In this document: piece by piece, positions 19,595 through 30,883 of the stretch
Position numbering within the stretch: the stretch's first letter is position 1
How the letters are laid out: each line of letters starts with the position of its first letter
Assembly: GCA_965203295.1 (NCBI GenBank)
Contig: CBDBCZ010000019.1
Location: 928,001 to 992,000, forward strand
Source of the DNA: Nitrospirales bacterium
GTDB lineage: Bacteria; Nitrospirota; Nitrospiria; Nitrospirales; UBA8639
Reading direction: 5' to 3'
Length of the DNA: 64,000 bases
The notes under the pieces: generated by a model
The model's input: only the letters and a program-made list of their open reading frames with translations
The model's database searches: none
Told to the model about the DNA's origin: nothing
Position numbers and translations under genes: made by a program

Positions 19595-21232
19595 ATGATG
19601 CCTCAATCGATTAGAAAGTTTTTGGATTCGGGTACCCTATTCGTTTGGCTTTGTGGAGCTGGGTTGGCTACCTCGCTTTTGATGATCGTTGGTCTGCTGG
19701 CCCTCATTATGTTCAATGGCTTGGGGTACTTTTGGCCCAAGAATTTGGTTGAGTTCACGCTGAAAGATGGCACCCATGTGCTTGGGCAGATTGTCGGTCA
19801 CGAAACCATTCCGCATTCAGAGTCCTCTGAATTCCAAGAAGGCAAAGAGAGGGTCCAGCTCAAGATTGGCAACCGAGATCTCTATGGGTTGGACTTTAGA
19901 TGGATTGACCAAGATGACATCGTCTCGCACGCAAATCCCAAGGATGTCGTTGCCATTGAGCGACGAGAATGGGGGAATTTTTTGGGGCGAGTCAAATCTG
20001 TTCAAACCGGCGATGTTATTCTCACGGAAGGTGATGAGAAAAGCTGGCAGGCCCTTTTGCCTTTAGTTTCTCAGGCCCATGCAGTACAAGATCGCATTCA
20101 TCACACCGAGAAAGATCTCATCGGAAAGGTTAATCATGAGATCGAAGGACTTCGATTGAGGCTTCGGTCCCTTGAGCTACGAGGACTTCAGGCGTCTCCT
20201 CAGGCTGGTGAACTTCGATCGACCATGGACAGTTATCAGGCTCAATATGAAGAATATACCAAGATTCTTCAGAAACTTTATGACAAACTCGATGAATCCT
20301 CGGTTCAACTTATTGACGCTAACGGACGGCAACTCCAACTCCCTGTGGGGCAAATCATCGAAGTCCTCCGTCCGAATGAAATGAGAATCTATGCCAAGAT
20401 TGTGGCCTATCTATCCAATATTTGGAGGGTGTTAAGCGAGGAACCACGAGAAGCGAATACCGAAGGTGGGATTTTTCCGGCTATTTTTGGAACAGTGATG
20501 ATGGTGTTGATTATGAGCATTGCGGTCGTGCCACTTGGAGTACTTGCCGCGTTTTATCTGAAGGAGTATGCAAGACAGGGATTGGTGGTGCGATTAGTTC
20601 GTATCGCTGTGAATAATCTTGCTGGCGTTCCCTCGATTGTTTTCGGAGTGTTTGGATTGGGGTTTTTTGTGTATGCCGTGGGTGGTACGATCGATTCCTT
20701 GTTCTTTCAGGAAGCTCTTCCAAATCCCACATTCGGAACTGGTGGACTTCTTTGGGCGTCTTTGACGTTGGCCCTGATGACGGTACCGGTCGTGATTGTG
20801 GCGACGGAGGAAGGTTTGTCAGCCGTTCCCAAAGAATATCGGGAGGGGTCTTTGGCTCTAGGGGCGACAAAACTGGAAAGTCTTCTTCGAGTGGTGCTCC
20901 CTTGTGCCATGCCGGGCATTTTAACGGGTCTTATCCTCGCAATTTCCCGGGCGACAGGAGAGGTGGCCCCCTTAATGCTGACGGGTGTGGTGAAGCTCGC
21001 ACCGTCATTGCCATTTGATAGTTATTTCCCATTTTTCCATCTTGACAGAAAATTCATGCATTTAGGGTTTCATATCTATGATGTGGGCTTTCAGTCTCCG
21101 AACGTAGAGGCTGCTAAGCCGATGGTCTATGTCACGACTCTCATACTCGTTCTTGTCGTTATATTATTGAACATGACAGCTATTGCCATTCGAAATCGGA
21201 TGCGAAAAAAGTATACCGGTTCTGCTGTCTAG
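19595..21232 (+). CDS. pstA: Phosphate ABC permease PstA with periplasmic coiled coil
   Basis: EPREANTEGGIFPAIFGT, GVPSIVFG, RATGEVAP. Confidence 0.93.
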   Translation: MMPQSIRKFLDSGTLFVWLCGAGLATSLLMIVGLLALIMFNGLGYFWPKNLVEFTLKDGTHVLGQIVGHETIPHSESSEFQEGKERVQLKIGNRDLYGLDFRWIDQDDIVSHANPKDVVAIERREWGNFLGRVKSVQTGDVILTEGDEKSWQALLPLVSQAHAVQDRIHHTEKDLIGKVNHEIEGLRLRLRSLELRGLQASPQAGELRSTMDSYQAQYEEYTKILQKLYDKLDESSVQLIDANGRQLQLPVGQIIEVLRPNEMRIYAKIVAYLSNIWRVLSEEPREANTEGGIFPAIFGTVMMVLIMSIAVVPLGVLAAFYLKEYARQGLVVRLVRIAVNNLAGVPSIVFGVFGLGFFVYAVGGTIDSLFFQEALPNPTFGTGGLLWASLTLALMTVPVVIVATEEGLSAVPKEYREGSLALGATKLESLLRVVLPCAMPGILTGLILAISRATGEVAPLMLTGVVKLAPSLPFDSYFPFFHLDRKFMHLGFHIYDVGFQSPNVEAAKPMVYVTTLILVLVVILLNMTAIAIRNRMRKKYTGSAV

Positions 21233-21244
21233 TTGGAGTACAAT

Positions 21245-22123
21245 ATGGAAGCGTTACCTCCTCCTCCTCTGCCATCGAAGCTGTCGTTGCCCAGAGAACA
21301 AACTTTAAAGGAACCTGAGAAAATGGCTGATGAAGAGACCTCGAGGGAAGCAAATCCGAATGCAGGCATCCATCCCAAGATTGTGATCGAGGACATGAAT
21401 TTTTACTATGGGGAAACCCAGGCATTATTCAAGACCAACCTCACGATTCCCGAACATCGCGTAACAGCGTTCATTGGGCCCTCAGGCTGTGGGAAGTCGA
21501 CTCTGTTACGGTGTCTCAATCGCCTGAATGATTTGGTTGAAGGTGCACGGATAGAGGGAAAAATTCTTCTGGATGGGGAAGACATTTACGGAAAGAATGT
21601 CGATGTGACTGACTTGCGGACCAGGGTAGGAATGGTCTTTCAAAAAGTGAATCCGTTTCCTAAGTCGATTTATCAAAATGTGGCGTATGGGCCACTCCTT
21701 CAAAAAATTAGTCGAAGGTCAGTCCTGGATGAAATCGTGGAGAAAAGTATACAAGGAGCAGGTTTGTGGGAAGAGGTCAAGGATCGGCTGCACAGCAGTG
21801 CGTTGGGATTGTCAGGGGGACAACAGCAGCGTTTATGTATTGCCAGGGCCTTAGCTGTCAATCCTGAAGTATTATTGATGGATGAGCCGTGTTCAGCATT
21901 GGATCCTATTTCTACGGCAAAAATCGAGGAACTTCTTCATTCCCTAAAGGAACAGCTCACCGTGGTAATCGTGACTCACAACATGCAGCAAGCTGCACGC
22001 GTGTCGGACCTGACAGGCTTCTTTTTATTGGGTGAATTGATCGAATATGACAACACCAAACAGATCTTTACGAATCCGAAGAATAAAGAAACCGAAGATT
22101 ATGTCACGGGTCGGTTCGGGTAA
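21245..22123 (+). CDS. pstB: Phosphate ABC transporter ATPase
   Basis: [37 protein letters not shown]; start codon uncertain. Confidence 0.95.
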   Translation: MEALPPPPLPSKLSLPREQTLKEPEKMADEETSREANPNAGIHPKIVIEDMNFYYGETQALFKTNLTIPEHRVTAFIGPSGCGKSTLLRCLNRLNDLVEGARIEGKILLDGEDIYGKNVDVTDLRTRVGMVFQKVNPFPKSIYQNVAYGPLLQKISRRSVLDEIVEKSIQGAGLWEEVKDRLHSSALGLSGGQQQRLCIARALAVNPEVLLMDEPCSALDPISTAKIEELLHSLKEQLTVVIVTHNMQQAARVSDLTGFFLLGELIEYDNTKQIFTNPKNKETEDYVTGRFG

Positions 22124-22155
22124 GAAATGCTTTACTCATAAAGGATGGAATATCG

Positions 22156-22824
22156 ATGGAACGTCACTTTGATGAAGAATTAGCAGGGCTCAAGGAAAAG
22201 ATTCTCCGAATGGGAGCCCTTGTCGAAGAACAGATTCGGTTTGCGCTGAAAGCTCTCGTGGACCGAGATGAGGAGCTGGCTCGTCAGGTGATCGAAAACG
22301 ACAGGCGGGTCAACACGTTGGATGTGGAAGTGGATGAGATTTGTTTGCAATTATTAGCGTTATACCAGCCGGCTGCACGAGATTTGCGGTTTATCACCAC
22401 GGCCATGAAAATTTCGACAGAATTGGAACGGATGAGCGACCTTGCCGAGAATATTTGTGAACGGGCTATTGAGCTCAACGAAGAGCCGCAATTGAAGCCC
22501 TACATTGATATACCCGTGATGGCGGAGCGAGCGATGAAGATGGTGTGGGATTCGCTTGATGCGTTTGTGAAAGGAGATTCGGATTTAGCCCGAAAGGTCT
22601 TGGAAGATGATGATATGGTGGATGAACTGACCGAACAACTATTTCGAGAACTCTTATCCTTTATGATTGAAAATCCTCAGACCATATCTCGTGCTATCCG
22701 TCTATCCTTTATTTCCAAGTATATTGAGCGTATTGCTGATCATGCCACCAACGTGGCGGAACTCGTGGTGTATTTGGTTGAGGGAAAAATCATTCGTCAT
22801 ACCATTCCTCTTCAACCTAACTAA
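22156..22824 (+). CDS. phoU: Phosphate signalling protein PhoU
   Basis: QPAARDLR, ELERMSD, IERIADHATNVAE. Confidence 0.95.
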   Translation: MERHFDEELAGLKEKILRMGALVEEQIRFALKALVDRDEELARQVIENDRRVNTLDVEVDEICLQLLALYQPAARDLRFITTAMKISTELERMSDLAENICERAIELNEEPQLKPYIDIPVMAERAMKMVWDSLDAFVKGDSDLARKVLEDDDMVDELTEQLFRELLSFMIENPQTISRAIRLSFISKYIERIADHATNVAELVVYLVEGKIIRHTIPLQPN

Positions 22825-22832
22825 CCCTTTCA

Positions 22833-24974
22833 TTAATGTCCTTTTTCCTTCCAATGGTTTAATAGCCATTCTTGTGAGTTCAGTTCCGCTTCTTTGTTTG
22901 TGGGTCTCAACCGTTGATAGCCTCTATCGACACATAATTGCCGAGCTTTGACGTTGTCCTTGAGGTTGATTCCCAGCAGGTCTTGAACAATGCGTTTCCG
23001 AAGTCCTGGAGATTCTATGGGGAACAAGATTTCAACCCGCCGATCGAGATTTCTTTCCATTAAATCCGCACTGCCTAAAAACACTTCCTCTTGCCCACCA
23101 TTTCGGAAATAATACACTCGAGCGTGCTCCAAAAATCGTCCGACGATCGATGTGACAGAAATGGTATCACTCACTCTTGGAACGCCAGGACGAAGACCAC
23201 AGACTCCTCTGACCTGGAGGTCAATTTTTACTCCAGCCTGTGAGGCACGATATAAAGCGCGAATACAAGGTGTATCGACTAATGCGTTCATTTTAAAGGC
23301 CAAATAGCCATCACCATATCGGCCTTGTCGATCAATCTCTCGTTCGATCCGTTCAAGAATACCTTCCCGCATCCCGCGAGGAGCTACTAAGAGTTTGGAG
23401 TAAGAGTCCTTTCGGGAATACCCGGTCAGGGAATTAAAAAGGTCTGTGATGTCAGCGCCCATGGCCGCATTACATGTGAAGAAACTAAGGTCAGTATAGA
23501 TCTTGCTTGTGGCAATATTGTAATTACCAGTCCCAAGGTGAACGTACCGCCGAATCCCATCCTCATCCCGGCGGACGACGAGGCAAACCTTGGCATGAGT
23601 TTTCAATCCCAGGACGCCATATACGACGTGGACCCCTTCATCTTCTAGTTTTCTGGCTAATTCGATGTTGTTTTCCTCGTCGAAGCGAGCCTTTAATTCA
23701 AAAAGTACCGCGACTTGCTTGCCATTCTGTCGAGCCTCCATGAGTGCCTGGATAATCGGCGAATGGGATCCTACCCGGTAGAGGGTTTGTTTGATGGCAA
23801 GAACATTGGGATCATTGGTGGCTTCTCGAATAAACTCCACGACTGGCAGAAAATTGTCATACGGATGGTAGAGCAGAATATCTTCCCTTCGAATGACGGA
23901 AAACACACTTTCCCGCTGACCCAAAAGTTCTGGCGTGGAAGGTAGAAATGGTGGAAATTTCAGGTCAGGCCGATCAATCTTTGTCAACTCCATAAGGCTG
24001 GACATCCCTAGTGGGATCGTTTGCGTATAGACTTGATAGGGCTGTAGACCGAGATTTCTGATAAGAATGTCACGAATATGTTCAGGAGTTGTTTGGTCAA
24101 CTTCAAGCCTGACGACTGACCCAAAATGTCGTAAATCAACATGTTCCTCGATGGTTTCAAGCAAATCAGCAGCTTCATCCTCTTCAATGGAAAGGTCTGC
24201 ATCCCGGGTGACTCGAAAAGAGTACGCCGCCTGAATTTTCAATCCGGGAAAAAGTAGGCCGAGGTTAGCTGCCACGACCTCCTCCAGCCATACGAAATTA
24301 TTGGCAGTCAATTCCGCAATTCCAATTTGTTCGTGTTCAACGGCCATTTCCTCATTTGGAATGGGGATGAGGCGGGACAAAAGATCGGGAATCTTGACGC
24401 GTGCAAAGCGTTCACCTCTCTCGGGATCTTTTGCCACGACGGCCAAGTTGAGGCTTAAATTAGAGATATGAGGAAAAGGATGAGAGGGATCAAAGGCTAA
24501 GGGAGTGAGTACGGGGTAGATTTCCTTCGAAAAGTAACGCCTCAGCATTTGGCGCTGTTTGGGTTGTAATTGGCTATAACGGAGAACATAAATTCCATTC
24601 ATTTGAAGCTTTGGCAGGATGTCGAATTCCCAACAATCTTCGAAACGCTTCAATTGCTTGCTGAGTTCCAACCGAATGGCTTCAATTTGTTTGGAAGGAG
24701 TCATCCCATCTGGAGGGGCTTCCACAACACCGCCAGAAAGTTGTTCGCGAAGACCGGAGATGCGGATCATGAAGAATTCGTCGAGATTGCTTGCAAATAT
24801 TGAAAGAAACTTAATTCGTTCCAAAAGAGGTTGGCTTTGGTCTTCGGCTTCTTCCAGAACTCGGGCGTTGAACTGAAGCCAACTCAGCTCTCGATTGATG
24901 TAAAGACGAGGATCGTCTAGATCGAGAGGATGAGGTGAAATCCGAGAAGGGGCTTGTGCAGGATTTGTGGACAT
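22833..24974 (-). CDS. ppk1: Polyphosphate kinase 1
   Basis: NRELSWLQFNARV, NLDEFFMIR, ELKARFDE, KTHAK, GRFLEH. Confidence 0.97.
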   Translation of the reverse strand: MSTNPAQAPSRISPHPLDLDDPRLYINRELSWLQFNARVLEEAEDQSQPLLERIKFLSIFASNLDEFFMIRISGLREQLSGGVVEAPPDGMTPSKQIEAIRLELSKQLKRFEDCWEFDILPKLQMNGIYVLRYSQLQPKQRQMLRRYFSKEIYPVLTPLAFDPSHPFPHISNLSLNLAVVAKDPERGERFARVKIPDLLSRLIPIPNEEMAVEHEQIGIAELTANNFVWLEEVVAANLGLLFPGLKIQAAYSFRVTRDADLSIEEDEAADLLETIEEHVDLRHFGSVVRLEVDQTTPEHIRDILIRNLGLQPYQVYTQTIPLGMSSLMELTKIDRPDLKFPPFLPSTPELLGQRESVFSVIRREDILLYHPYDNFLPVVEFIREATNDPNVLAIKQTLYRVGSHSPIIQALMEARQNGKQVAVLFELKARFDEENNIELARKLEDEGVHVVYGVLGLKTHAKVCLVVRRDEDGIRRYVHLGTGNYNIATSKIYTDLSFFTCNAAMGADITDLFNSLTGYSRKDSYSKLLVAPRGMREGILERIEREIDRQGRYGDGYLAFKMNALVDTPCIRALYRASQAGVKIDLQVRGVCGLRPGVPRVSDTISVTSIVGRFLEHARVYYFRNGGQEEVFLGSADLMERNLDRRVEILFPIESPGLRKRIVQDLLGINLKDNVKARQLCVDRGYQRLRPTNKEAELNSQEWLLNHWKEKGH

Positions 24975-25107
24975 GGATTTCTACTCTATTCTACAATACA
25001 CATAGTATATAAAGGTCTAGGGGTTCGTGCTAGTCGGTTTTTGAGCTTATGTGTTTTGCGATCAAAACTCCTTTGATATTGGGTAGTTCCAGACGTGATT
25101 AGAATGG

Positions 25108-26581
25108 TTAGGATGTTGATGAGCGGGAAAGGAGGAATGCGTTCCGCCCGCGTCTCTTCAATTTGGCCCACTCGCCGGGAAAGTTATGACGAGCGCGTTG
25201 TCGGCGGGAGTGGAGGCGTTCAACCATCTGCCCTATGGCAAAGGCGGTCTTGACTCCACGCGTCGTGCCCAACAACTCTCTGAGTCGTTGTTCTGTCACG
25301 ACAGCATCCTGATGGTCACCCAATAGATCCTGAACTTTCTTACACTGAGCGATAAACCGTGAGGCAGATTTTCCTATCGCTGTTTCCCCGAGTTCGGTCG
25401 TGTATCGAGCGCGCTTGGTTTGAATGCGTAACTGATGCAGCTTTTGGTCTGAAAGTTCTGCACTTCCATTCTCAAGCACTCGTCGAAGTTTTTTGAATTC
25501 TTTGGCTGCAAGGTTGAACAGAGAAATCTCCTGAGGATTCGCGAATTCGGGTTTTTGGGTGGCACTTTCGAGACGATCAAGGAGCTGAAGATATCAATCG
25601 CTCCGGAGTGCCTCGACTAATGTTGCACGGGCGATAGAATGCTGCGTTTCAAGAATCGCCAGGACCCTTTCAAATACTTTTCGTTCCGTTTTTGGAAGCG
25701 AATCGGATTCGGCATGAAGGTATTCCAAGAGGACATCAAAGTCTCTGACAGCCCCCAAGTGAGTCTCCTAGCCAGCTGATCTCCGCACGCAGACCTTCAG
25801 ACCAGTCATGTGCGAGTAAAGGGCGAGCAGCCCTGAGTAGAGCGCGAAACCGTCTCGTTCCTACTCGCATGTCATGAAGTTCCTCTGGGTCTTTCCCAAA
25901 TCTGGTTCCGGGATCATGAATGAGAATTTCCGTAAATTGTCTTTGCAGCATCATTCGTAGGTGATCAATGGGTGGGGCAGAAGGAAGAACTTGCTCGAAC
26001 TCTTGTGGAACACGAAGACCTAGAGCTTTAAAAACCTTAGGATGTGGATCGGCATCTTGTGCCCCAGCCTCCCGAAGTATCGCTGTGATGCGAGATAACT
26101 CCTTTCCATTACCATTGAGAAGTTCGATGTCGATTTTTGAAAAATGTCCTATGGATTTCCTGTTATTCAACACCGTGACGCGATCGAAAACCACATCAGC
26201 CAAAGGACCTTCCATGTTGCGAACTCTCATACCTGAACGTCGCGTTCGGAGTTTGGCTATGGCAAGGACGTCGCTTTTGCGTAAAAGTCCAAAAAGACAA
26301 TCCATCAAAGGTTTTGGAGGTGTCGAAGAATTTCCAGGAACTTCTAACTCAAGGCGAGCCTCTCCTCTTGGTAATTCTAGTTGCCAGAGGCCTCTCTTAT
26401 ATTCCACTCGGCGACGGAGCATCATTCCTAACCTGGCCAGACGATAATCTGGGGTATCAAAGTATGTTGAGGTAAAAACGCGAGGAGGCAAAGAGTGCCC
26501 GGGCAGTTCGGGGATCCGAAACCGAGGCCCCACACTGAATTGAATTCCCTGATTAAGGGTTTGTCTTAACGAGTAGTTCAT
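25108..26581 (-). pseudogene. CYTH + CHAD domain protein, disrupted
   Basis: TYFDTPDYRL, LHDMRVGTRR, LHQLRIQTKRARY, QDLLGDHQD; frameshift in a G-run near 25752 (restores GAVRDFDVL) and TGA at 25594-25596. Confidence 0.85.
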
Positions 26582-26872
26582 ACAGAATGAACGTTGTTGA
26601 AATCACCCTGTATTCTAAGGAAGTCAAAAAAATCAGTATAACATGGAGCGAAAGAAGAAAAGTGCGAGATTTTTCCCACGAGGCTCTCTGGCATCTCGTC
26701 CGAAAGAGAACTTGAAAATATAAGGGGTTGTTTCTCCTAAGTAGAAGAGCAATTTCGGCCTAGGCAATCTGAAAAATTGACCGTAAATCTTTGAATTACT
26801 GGACTTTTCTGAACGAGAAAGGGTATACCAAATCACATGTGGGCCATTGAGGCTTGTTAATCAAAAGGTGCA

Positions 26873-27667
26873 ATGAATCCTGTAAACGATCTTGATTTGG
26901 CCAGATTGCTTGATCTGGCGGTCCAAGCAGCACGATCTCCCTCCGAACAAATCTTGAGGCATTTCAATGCCTCAGAGTTGTCTATAGACAACAAATCTGA
27001 TGGGTCCCCAGTGACGGTTGCCGACCGGGAAGCGGAGTCACTGATCAGGCAGGTTTTGAAGTCAGACCATGATTTCGGATCCTTTGATATTTTGGGGGAG
27101 GAGCATGGTTTGGAAGGAACGGGCACCCGATTTCGATGGTTGGTCGACCCAATTGATGGAACGAGATCTTTTATCAATAAGATTCCATTGTTTGGAACGA
27201 TTGTGGCTCTTGAAGATCATGTCGAAAAACGCTCCCTCGTTGGCGTGATTCATTTGCCTGTCTTGAATCTGACGTATGCAGGAGCACGAGGATTTGGGAC
27301 CATGTGCAATGGGAGACCAGTGAAGGTTTCAGGTGACACACAGCTTGAGAACAGCATCATTTCCATCGGTGATTTTGCGCAATTCGTCAGCGCCAAACGT
27401 GAGAGTGCCTATCGACAACTAGGAGAACTGTGTCCTTATCTCCAGGCATATACTGATTGCTTTGGACATGCTTTGGTCGTGAATGGGTCCGTGGGAGCCA
27501 TGCTAGATCCTGTTCTTAACCCATGGGATGTACTCGCAACACAAGTCCTCGTTGAAGAAGCAGGAGGGATGATGGTCATTCGTCCCTCCGTTGTCTCAGG
27601 CAAGGTTGATGTGTTGTTCGGTACGCCGATCATCGTCAACTCTCTCTGTGATCAACTGCAGTTTTGA
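26873..27667 (+). CDS. Inositol monophosphatase family / histidinol-phosphate phosphatase (HisN-like)
   Basis: KSDGSPVTVAD, GEE, WLVDPIDGT, PWD. Confidence 0.85.
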   Translation: MNPVNDLDLARLLDLAVQAARSPSEQILRHFNASELSIDNKSDGSPVTVADREAESLIRQVLKSDHDFGSFDILGEEHGLEGTGTRFRWLVDPIDGTRSFINKIPLFGTIVALEDHVEKRSLVGVIHLPVLNLTYAGARGFGTMCNGRPVKVSGDTQLENSIISIGDFAQFVSAKRESAYRQLGELCPYLQAYTDCFGHALVVNGSVGAMLDPVLNPWDVLATQVLVEEAGGMMVIRPSVVSGKVDVLFGTPIIVNSLCDQLQF

Positions 27668-27824
27668 TGTCAGGAGTATTTATGATGGTGTTCCTTCCAT
27701 CTCAGTAGTCGAACCATACCCCATCTTAGTCAGTATTCTTTTCCTTCTACCAACCCTTCTAGTCAGATTACCCCAGTCATCGAGAGTGTTCGTCGTCAGT
27801 CTGTACGAACAGTCTTTCAAAAGC

Positions 27825-27853
27825 GTAACAATCTTATAACATCCTCGTAATAT
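27825..27853 (+). promoter_or_regulatory. Pho-box-like array upstream of regulator remnant and ppx
   Basis: GTAACAA/ATAACAT/GTAATAT at an 11-bp period (27825, 27836, 27847). Confidence 0.72.
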
Positions 27854-27874
27854 GGTTCCTTTATATGATCCTGT

Positions 27875-28200
27875 ATGCATACGAGAAATGATGAAGACTT
27901 CATCAAAGTCGGCGATTGATCTATTGATCGAGTCTCTTGCCAGGTCACGCTGAAGGATAAGCCAATAGGGCTCACCCAAAAGGAATTTCATCTGCTTTGG
28001 GTGTTGAGCTCAGAGCCCGAGAAGCTATTTCGTCGAGAGGAACTATTGCCCTTGGTGTTGGGACCGACATTACAGTTGAACCACGAACGGTCGATGCTTA
28101 TGTGCACGTCTGCGAAAAATCTTGGCAAAAGAAATTCCGCTCTCTTCCTCTGTTTCTATTGAAACTGTTTGGGGTATGAGTTACCGTTTAAGGATTATAT
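27875..28200 (+). pseudogene. Stand-alone OmpR/PhoB winged-helix DNA-binding domain, degraded
   Basis: Stitched frames: IKVGD*SIDRVSCQVTLKDKPIGLTQKEFHLLWVL...LFRREELL...EPRTVDAY..ARLRK...IETVWGMSYRL; one stop and several frameshifts. Confidence 0.75.
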
Positions 28201-28336
28201 CTGTTCTTTCATAGGTCAATGAACCGTACCTTTCTTTCTCTCTTTTCTTTGTCATTATTGGCTTAATCACAACACCTGAATTGTGCTCTCGTTCGTTCAG
28301 TTCCGAGGGTGTCAATACCACAAAAAGGTAAGAGGC

Positions 28337-29889
28337 ATGGCGAAGATCGCAGTGGTCGATATTGGAACAAATTCCATTCATATGGTCTTGACTGAGATTG
28401 ATCCAGACGGCTCATACAAAATCCTAGACCAATTTAAAGACATGACACGATTGGGTGATGGGACCTTTCAATCCCGCTCTCTGTCAGCGGAAGCGATAAA
28501 ACGAGATCTTAATGTCTTGCGCAATTTGACCACACTGGCGAGAAACAAGGGTTATGATCGCATTGTCATGGCAGCCACAAGCGCGGTCCGAGAAGCAAGA
28601 AATGGTGGGGCTTTTGTTGAACAAGTCGCCGGTCAAACAGGTATTCGGGTACGAGTGATCACGGGACAAGAGGAAGCCAGGTTAATTTATTTTGGCGTCC
28701 GTCACAGTATGGACCTGACTGCACATCCTTCACTTCTTATCGATGTCGGTGGGGGGTCTGTTGAACTCATATCCCGCAACAACAAAAAAATATTTGAGGG
28801 GCAAAGTTTAAAGTTAGGAGCCATAAGATTAAAGGATCAATTTCTTGCTCGAGGTCCATTAACGAAGACCAAAGTGCGAAATCTAGAAAGGACCATTGAC
28901 GTAGAGCTTCGAGCGGCATTGGAGAGCTTGAAGAACACTCAATTTGATCGACTCATTGCTTCGTCGGGAATGGCAGGAAATCTGGCCGAAATTATTTACC
29001 TCCATCGGACTGGAATGCCTATTCCACAATTAAACATGGCCACTCTGACTTTGAAAGAGGTCCGCGCTATTGAGAACCTTCTCGCGACGAGCAGCCTAAA
29101 AGCTCGCCTGGCTATCCCAGGGATTGACCCGAGGCGGGTGGATACGTTGCTTCCGGCTACAGCGGTGATCCGGAATCTGATGGAGCTCGTCGGACATAAA
29201 GAGGTGACGATCAGTGACATGGCGATGCGTGAAGGGTTGATCTATGATTTTCTTGAAAAGAATCGAGAACGACTTCAGATCGAACAGGACATTCCCAACA
29301 TCCGACTTCGCAATGTCACGTATTTAGCCTAGCGCTGTCACTATCAGAAGACCCATTCTCACCACGTTGCCAAGCTGGCTACAGCGTTATTCGACCAAAC
29401 ACAGCCATTACATGAATTGGGAGATCTGGAACGAAAATGGTTGAAATACACGGCAATCCTTCACGATATTGGATATCTGATTCATGCTCGTCAACACCAC
29501 AAACATTCTTATTATTTGATTAAACATAGTATTTGGCCGGGTTTACCGCTGAAGAAATCGAAATGATTGCCAACATCGCGCGCTACCATCGAAAGGCCGA
29601 CCCTGCAAAAGATCAGGTAGAGTATCAAGCCATGGCTCCGCAAGATCGTCGAACCATGGCCATGCTGAGTGCGATCCTCCGCATCGCAGACGGTCTCGAT
29701 CGTAGCCATTTTTCAGTCGTTCAGAATCTGCATGCCATTCTGGGAAAAACGGTCACGATTCAGTTGGATACCTTCGGGGATTCCGAATTGGAAGTCTGGA
29801 CAGCACAGGGGCGAGCACAGTTATTCGAGAAAATTTTCAAGAGAAAAGTGAAATTTCTCGCTCACGCGAAGAAAGCAGGTATTGCCTAG
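28337..29889 (+). pseudogene. ppx: Exopolyphosphatase Ppx/GppA with HD domain, disrupted
   Basis: DIGTNS, ATSAVREA, DVGGGSVE, REG; TAG 29330-29332 followed in frame by ...ILHDIG...HHKHSYY; frameshift near 29531 to ...ARYHRK...LRIADGLD. Confidence 0.9.
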
Positions 29890-30102
29890 ACTCAAGTCAT
29901 GACTGAATTGTGATCCTCGTGGTTTCCTCTGTGATTTTTTTCTAAAGGATTCTTGCCCTTTGTCGTGGGGCGGAGCCTCCACGAGGGTATGAGTGAATGA
30001 AAGATGAATTGTGGAAGCCCCCTATTCAGGAAGAATGTGTCAGAAAATATAAAGTAAGATGTAATGGTGCTTTCTAGGATTGACATGAAACGAAGGGAGA
30101 AT

Positions 30103-30762
30103 ATGAGAGGTTTCAAGATTCAATTTTTGATGTGGATTGGGGTCGCGGTAGGATTAGGTGGTTGTGAGACCCCGCAGTTCCCCACGGTCAACATCTATGA
30201 CAGCCCTGAACGGTTTGTGCGTCTTGAGGTGTATGATGATGGAAGTGACGGGAGGGGGTACTCCCATCCAGCCTATATATCTGAGGAAACTATGGCAAAG
30301 GTTATGAAGGGAGTGTACGTTCAATTTGGAAAATCGGGTAGATCATCGCGTCGAGCTTTTAATGATAAGGAGATAAAATTTTTCGCGCCTCTCTGGGTTA
30401 GAGGCTTTAGCCAAGCGACTCCCGAGGAAGTTGTCACCTTCTATGAAACTGCCGAAATTTCTGAACTCTATGAGATAACGACTTCAGGTGGAGTTTTTGT
30501 CAAAGACAAGGCCATCCATGTAGTTTTGAGCAACTATAGCGTGAGAACTCAGATTTGGCAGGACAATGATGAATATCGGGCTCCATTTCGGCTACGCCCT
30601 CTGAATCCTATTGAACAACAGCCAGGTCGGCTGGTGTTTGATCCACCTCAATTGATGATTCCACAAACAGAGAAATCATTTGCGAGTCTACTGAAAAGCG
30701 GAAGGCCTTGGCAGGTGGGCGTGTTGTATCAGGAACTGAATCGACAGAAAAGTGATCTCTGA
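30103..30762 (+). CDS. Hypothetical lipoprotein
   Basis: Lipobox LGGC after a hydrophobic signal; RBS GGGAG. Confidence 0.7.
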   Translation: MRGFKIQFLMWIGVAVGLGGCETPQFPTVNIYDSPERFVRLEVYDDGSDGRGYSHPAYISEETMAKVMKGVYVQFGKSGRSSRRAFNDKEIKFFAPLWVRGFSQATPEEVVTFYETAEISELYEITTSGGVFVKDKAIHVVLSNYSVRTQIWQDNDEYRAPFRLRPLNPIEQQPGRLVFDPPQLMIPQTEKSFASLLKSGRPWQVGVLYQELNRQKSDL

Positions 30763-30807
30763 TGAAGATTTGATTGATTAAAGAAATTACGTCGGATAAA
30801 CACAGTT

Positions 30808-30849
30808 GGGCCTCTCAGAATCTTGACGATAACTGAGAGGCTCTTTTTT
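30808..30849. terminator. Terminator between convergent genes
   Basis: CCTCTCAG...CTGAGAGG followed by a T-run. Confidence 0.6.
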
Positions 30850-30883
30850 ATGGATAAAATGTTAGGAGGAAGTCATGTCTTGA

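Noticed and set aside
17286..21232. Oversized PstC/PstA as a novelty
   Set aside because: Long periplasmic-domain variants are already known in other Gram-negative bacteria.
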